From NCBI GenBank assembly GCA_965198225.1, contig CBDAOY010000009.1, positions 96,001 to 160,000 on the forward strand: a DNA stretch of 64,000 bases. Reading direction: 5' to 3'. Source of the DNA: Terriglobia bacterium (GTDB taxonomy: Bacteria; Acidobacteriota; Terriglobia; 20CM-2-55-15). A program made the translations under genes and the position numbers. Shown here piece after piece: positions 63,245 through 64,000 of the stretch. Position 1 is the stretch's first letter; every line of letters starts with the position of its first letter. Below the pieces are notes generated by a model, which saw only the letters and a list, made by a program, of their open reading frames with translations, made no database searches and was not told where the DNA came from.

Positions 63245-64000
63245 TCAACGCGCAGTCGGCTCGGATTGAGGACTCTCGTTGCCCGCTTCGTCGATCGCTG
63301 AGACGACGTACTGATAACCCGGACCGAACTCGGCGTCGAAGAAAGCGTTCGTGAGCTGGGGTTCGCCCACTGCCGCAAACTCGTCCGACGTGCTCGGCCT
63401 TCGAAAAACCCGGTAGCGGACCACATCGGTTTCCGGGCTGGACTGCCAGTTCAGGAACGCGCCCGTGGCCGCCGGAGTGAGCACGAGGCCCCTGGGTGCA
63501 CTGGGGGGAGTGCGGTCTGTCGCCGTCACGCGCAAGGGCTCGGAAGGAAACCCCTCCACCCAGTTCCGGCCATCCCGTCGAACGGCCACCACGGTGTAGG
63601 CGTAGGTTTCTCCAGCCTGAAAAGTCGTGTCTCGGAACCCGGTGCCGTTCGTCGGCGGATCCGTCAGCAGGGTGCCGGAGCGGTAGATCCGGTATGCCTC
63701 GGCAAACTCACCTCGGATCGGAGGGCGGCGCCATCGCAGTGACACCGCACCCTGGTCGACGAGGGCGTCGATCGCGACGCTCGGCCCGGCGACTTCGACA
63801 ACCGCGATCGACACGAGGTTGGACGGCCCCGAGACACGGCCCCTGCCGGTCTCGATGCGAAGCGTGAACTCCGGAGTCGAACCGACCATGTCCAATCCCT
63901 TCAGGGTCAGACGCTGGCGTAGTCCCGGCTCGGTGGCTGAAACGCTTGCCACCGTCTCCCCCCCCGTAGACAGCACGGCTTCGGCCAGATCGTCCGGGCG
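63245..64000 (-). CDS. Fibronectin type III domain protein, 5' end outside the window
   Basis: YRIYR..YTVVAV, PPSAPRGL..LNW..YVVSAIDEAGNES; frame open to the window edge. Confidence 0.8.
   Translation of the reverse strand, partial: RPDDLAEAVLSTGGETVASVSATEPGLRQRLTLKGLDMVGSTPEFTLRIETGRGRVSGPSNLVSIAVVEVAGPSVAIDALVDQGAVSLRWRRPPIRGEFAEAYRIYRSGTLLTDPPTNGTGFRDTTFQAGETYAYTVVAVRRDGRNWVEGFPSEPLRVTATDRTPPSAPRGLVLTPAATGAFLNWQSSPETDVVRYRVFRRPSTSDEFAAVGEPQLTNAFFDAEFGPGYQYVVSAIDEAGNESPQSEPTAR

Overview
High-GC bacterial chromosome segment, probably Acidobacteriota (inferred from gene content, the Cys-rich RpoB insertion and gluzincin-like/TPR/TonB proteins). Positions 1-45.7 kb are one uninterrupted minus-strand housekeeping super-cluster: ispE-tRNAGln-prs-rplY-pth-rpsF-rpsR-rplI-dnaB-radA-PIN/TRAM-ispD-ispF-gltX-rlmB-4 tRNAs-tuf-rpmG-tRNATrp-secE-nusG-rplKAJL-rpoBC-rpsLG-fusA-tuf-S10-spc-alpha, ending in rpoA. 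Positions 45.8-56.9 kb are a convergent cell-surface glycan locus: two GT-C enzymes, a GT2-GT4-methyltransferase-coiled-coil fusion, Wzm/Wzt, a GT2 and a methyltransferase. The rest holds two secreted pseudo-peptidase/TPR proteins (one with a TonB C-terminal domain), a carboxyltransferase, a transaldolase and a truncated FN3 protein. The main unexplained signals are: (1) 7-nt-period tandem arrays of several sequence families at many gene junctions, often as inverted pairs; (2) two apparently identical tuf genes with C-avoiding codon usage and a shared ~110-nt leader; (3) a structured ~275-bp MITE-like element and REP doublets; (4) an apparently permuted glycan polymerase/terminator; (5) a TonB-C pseudo-peptidase pair. 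Everything was read by eye; no searches were run.
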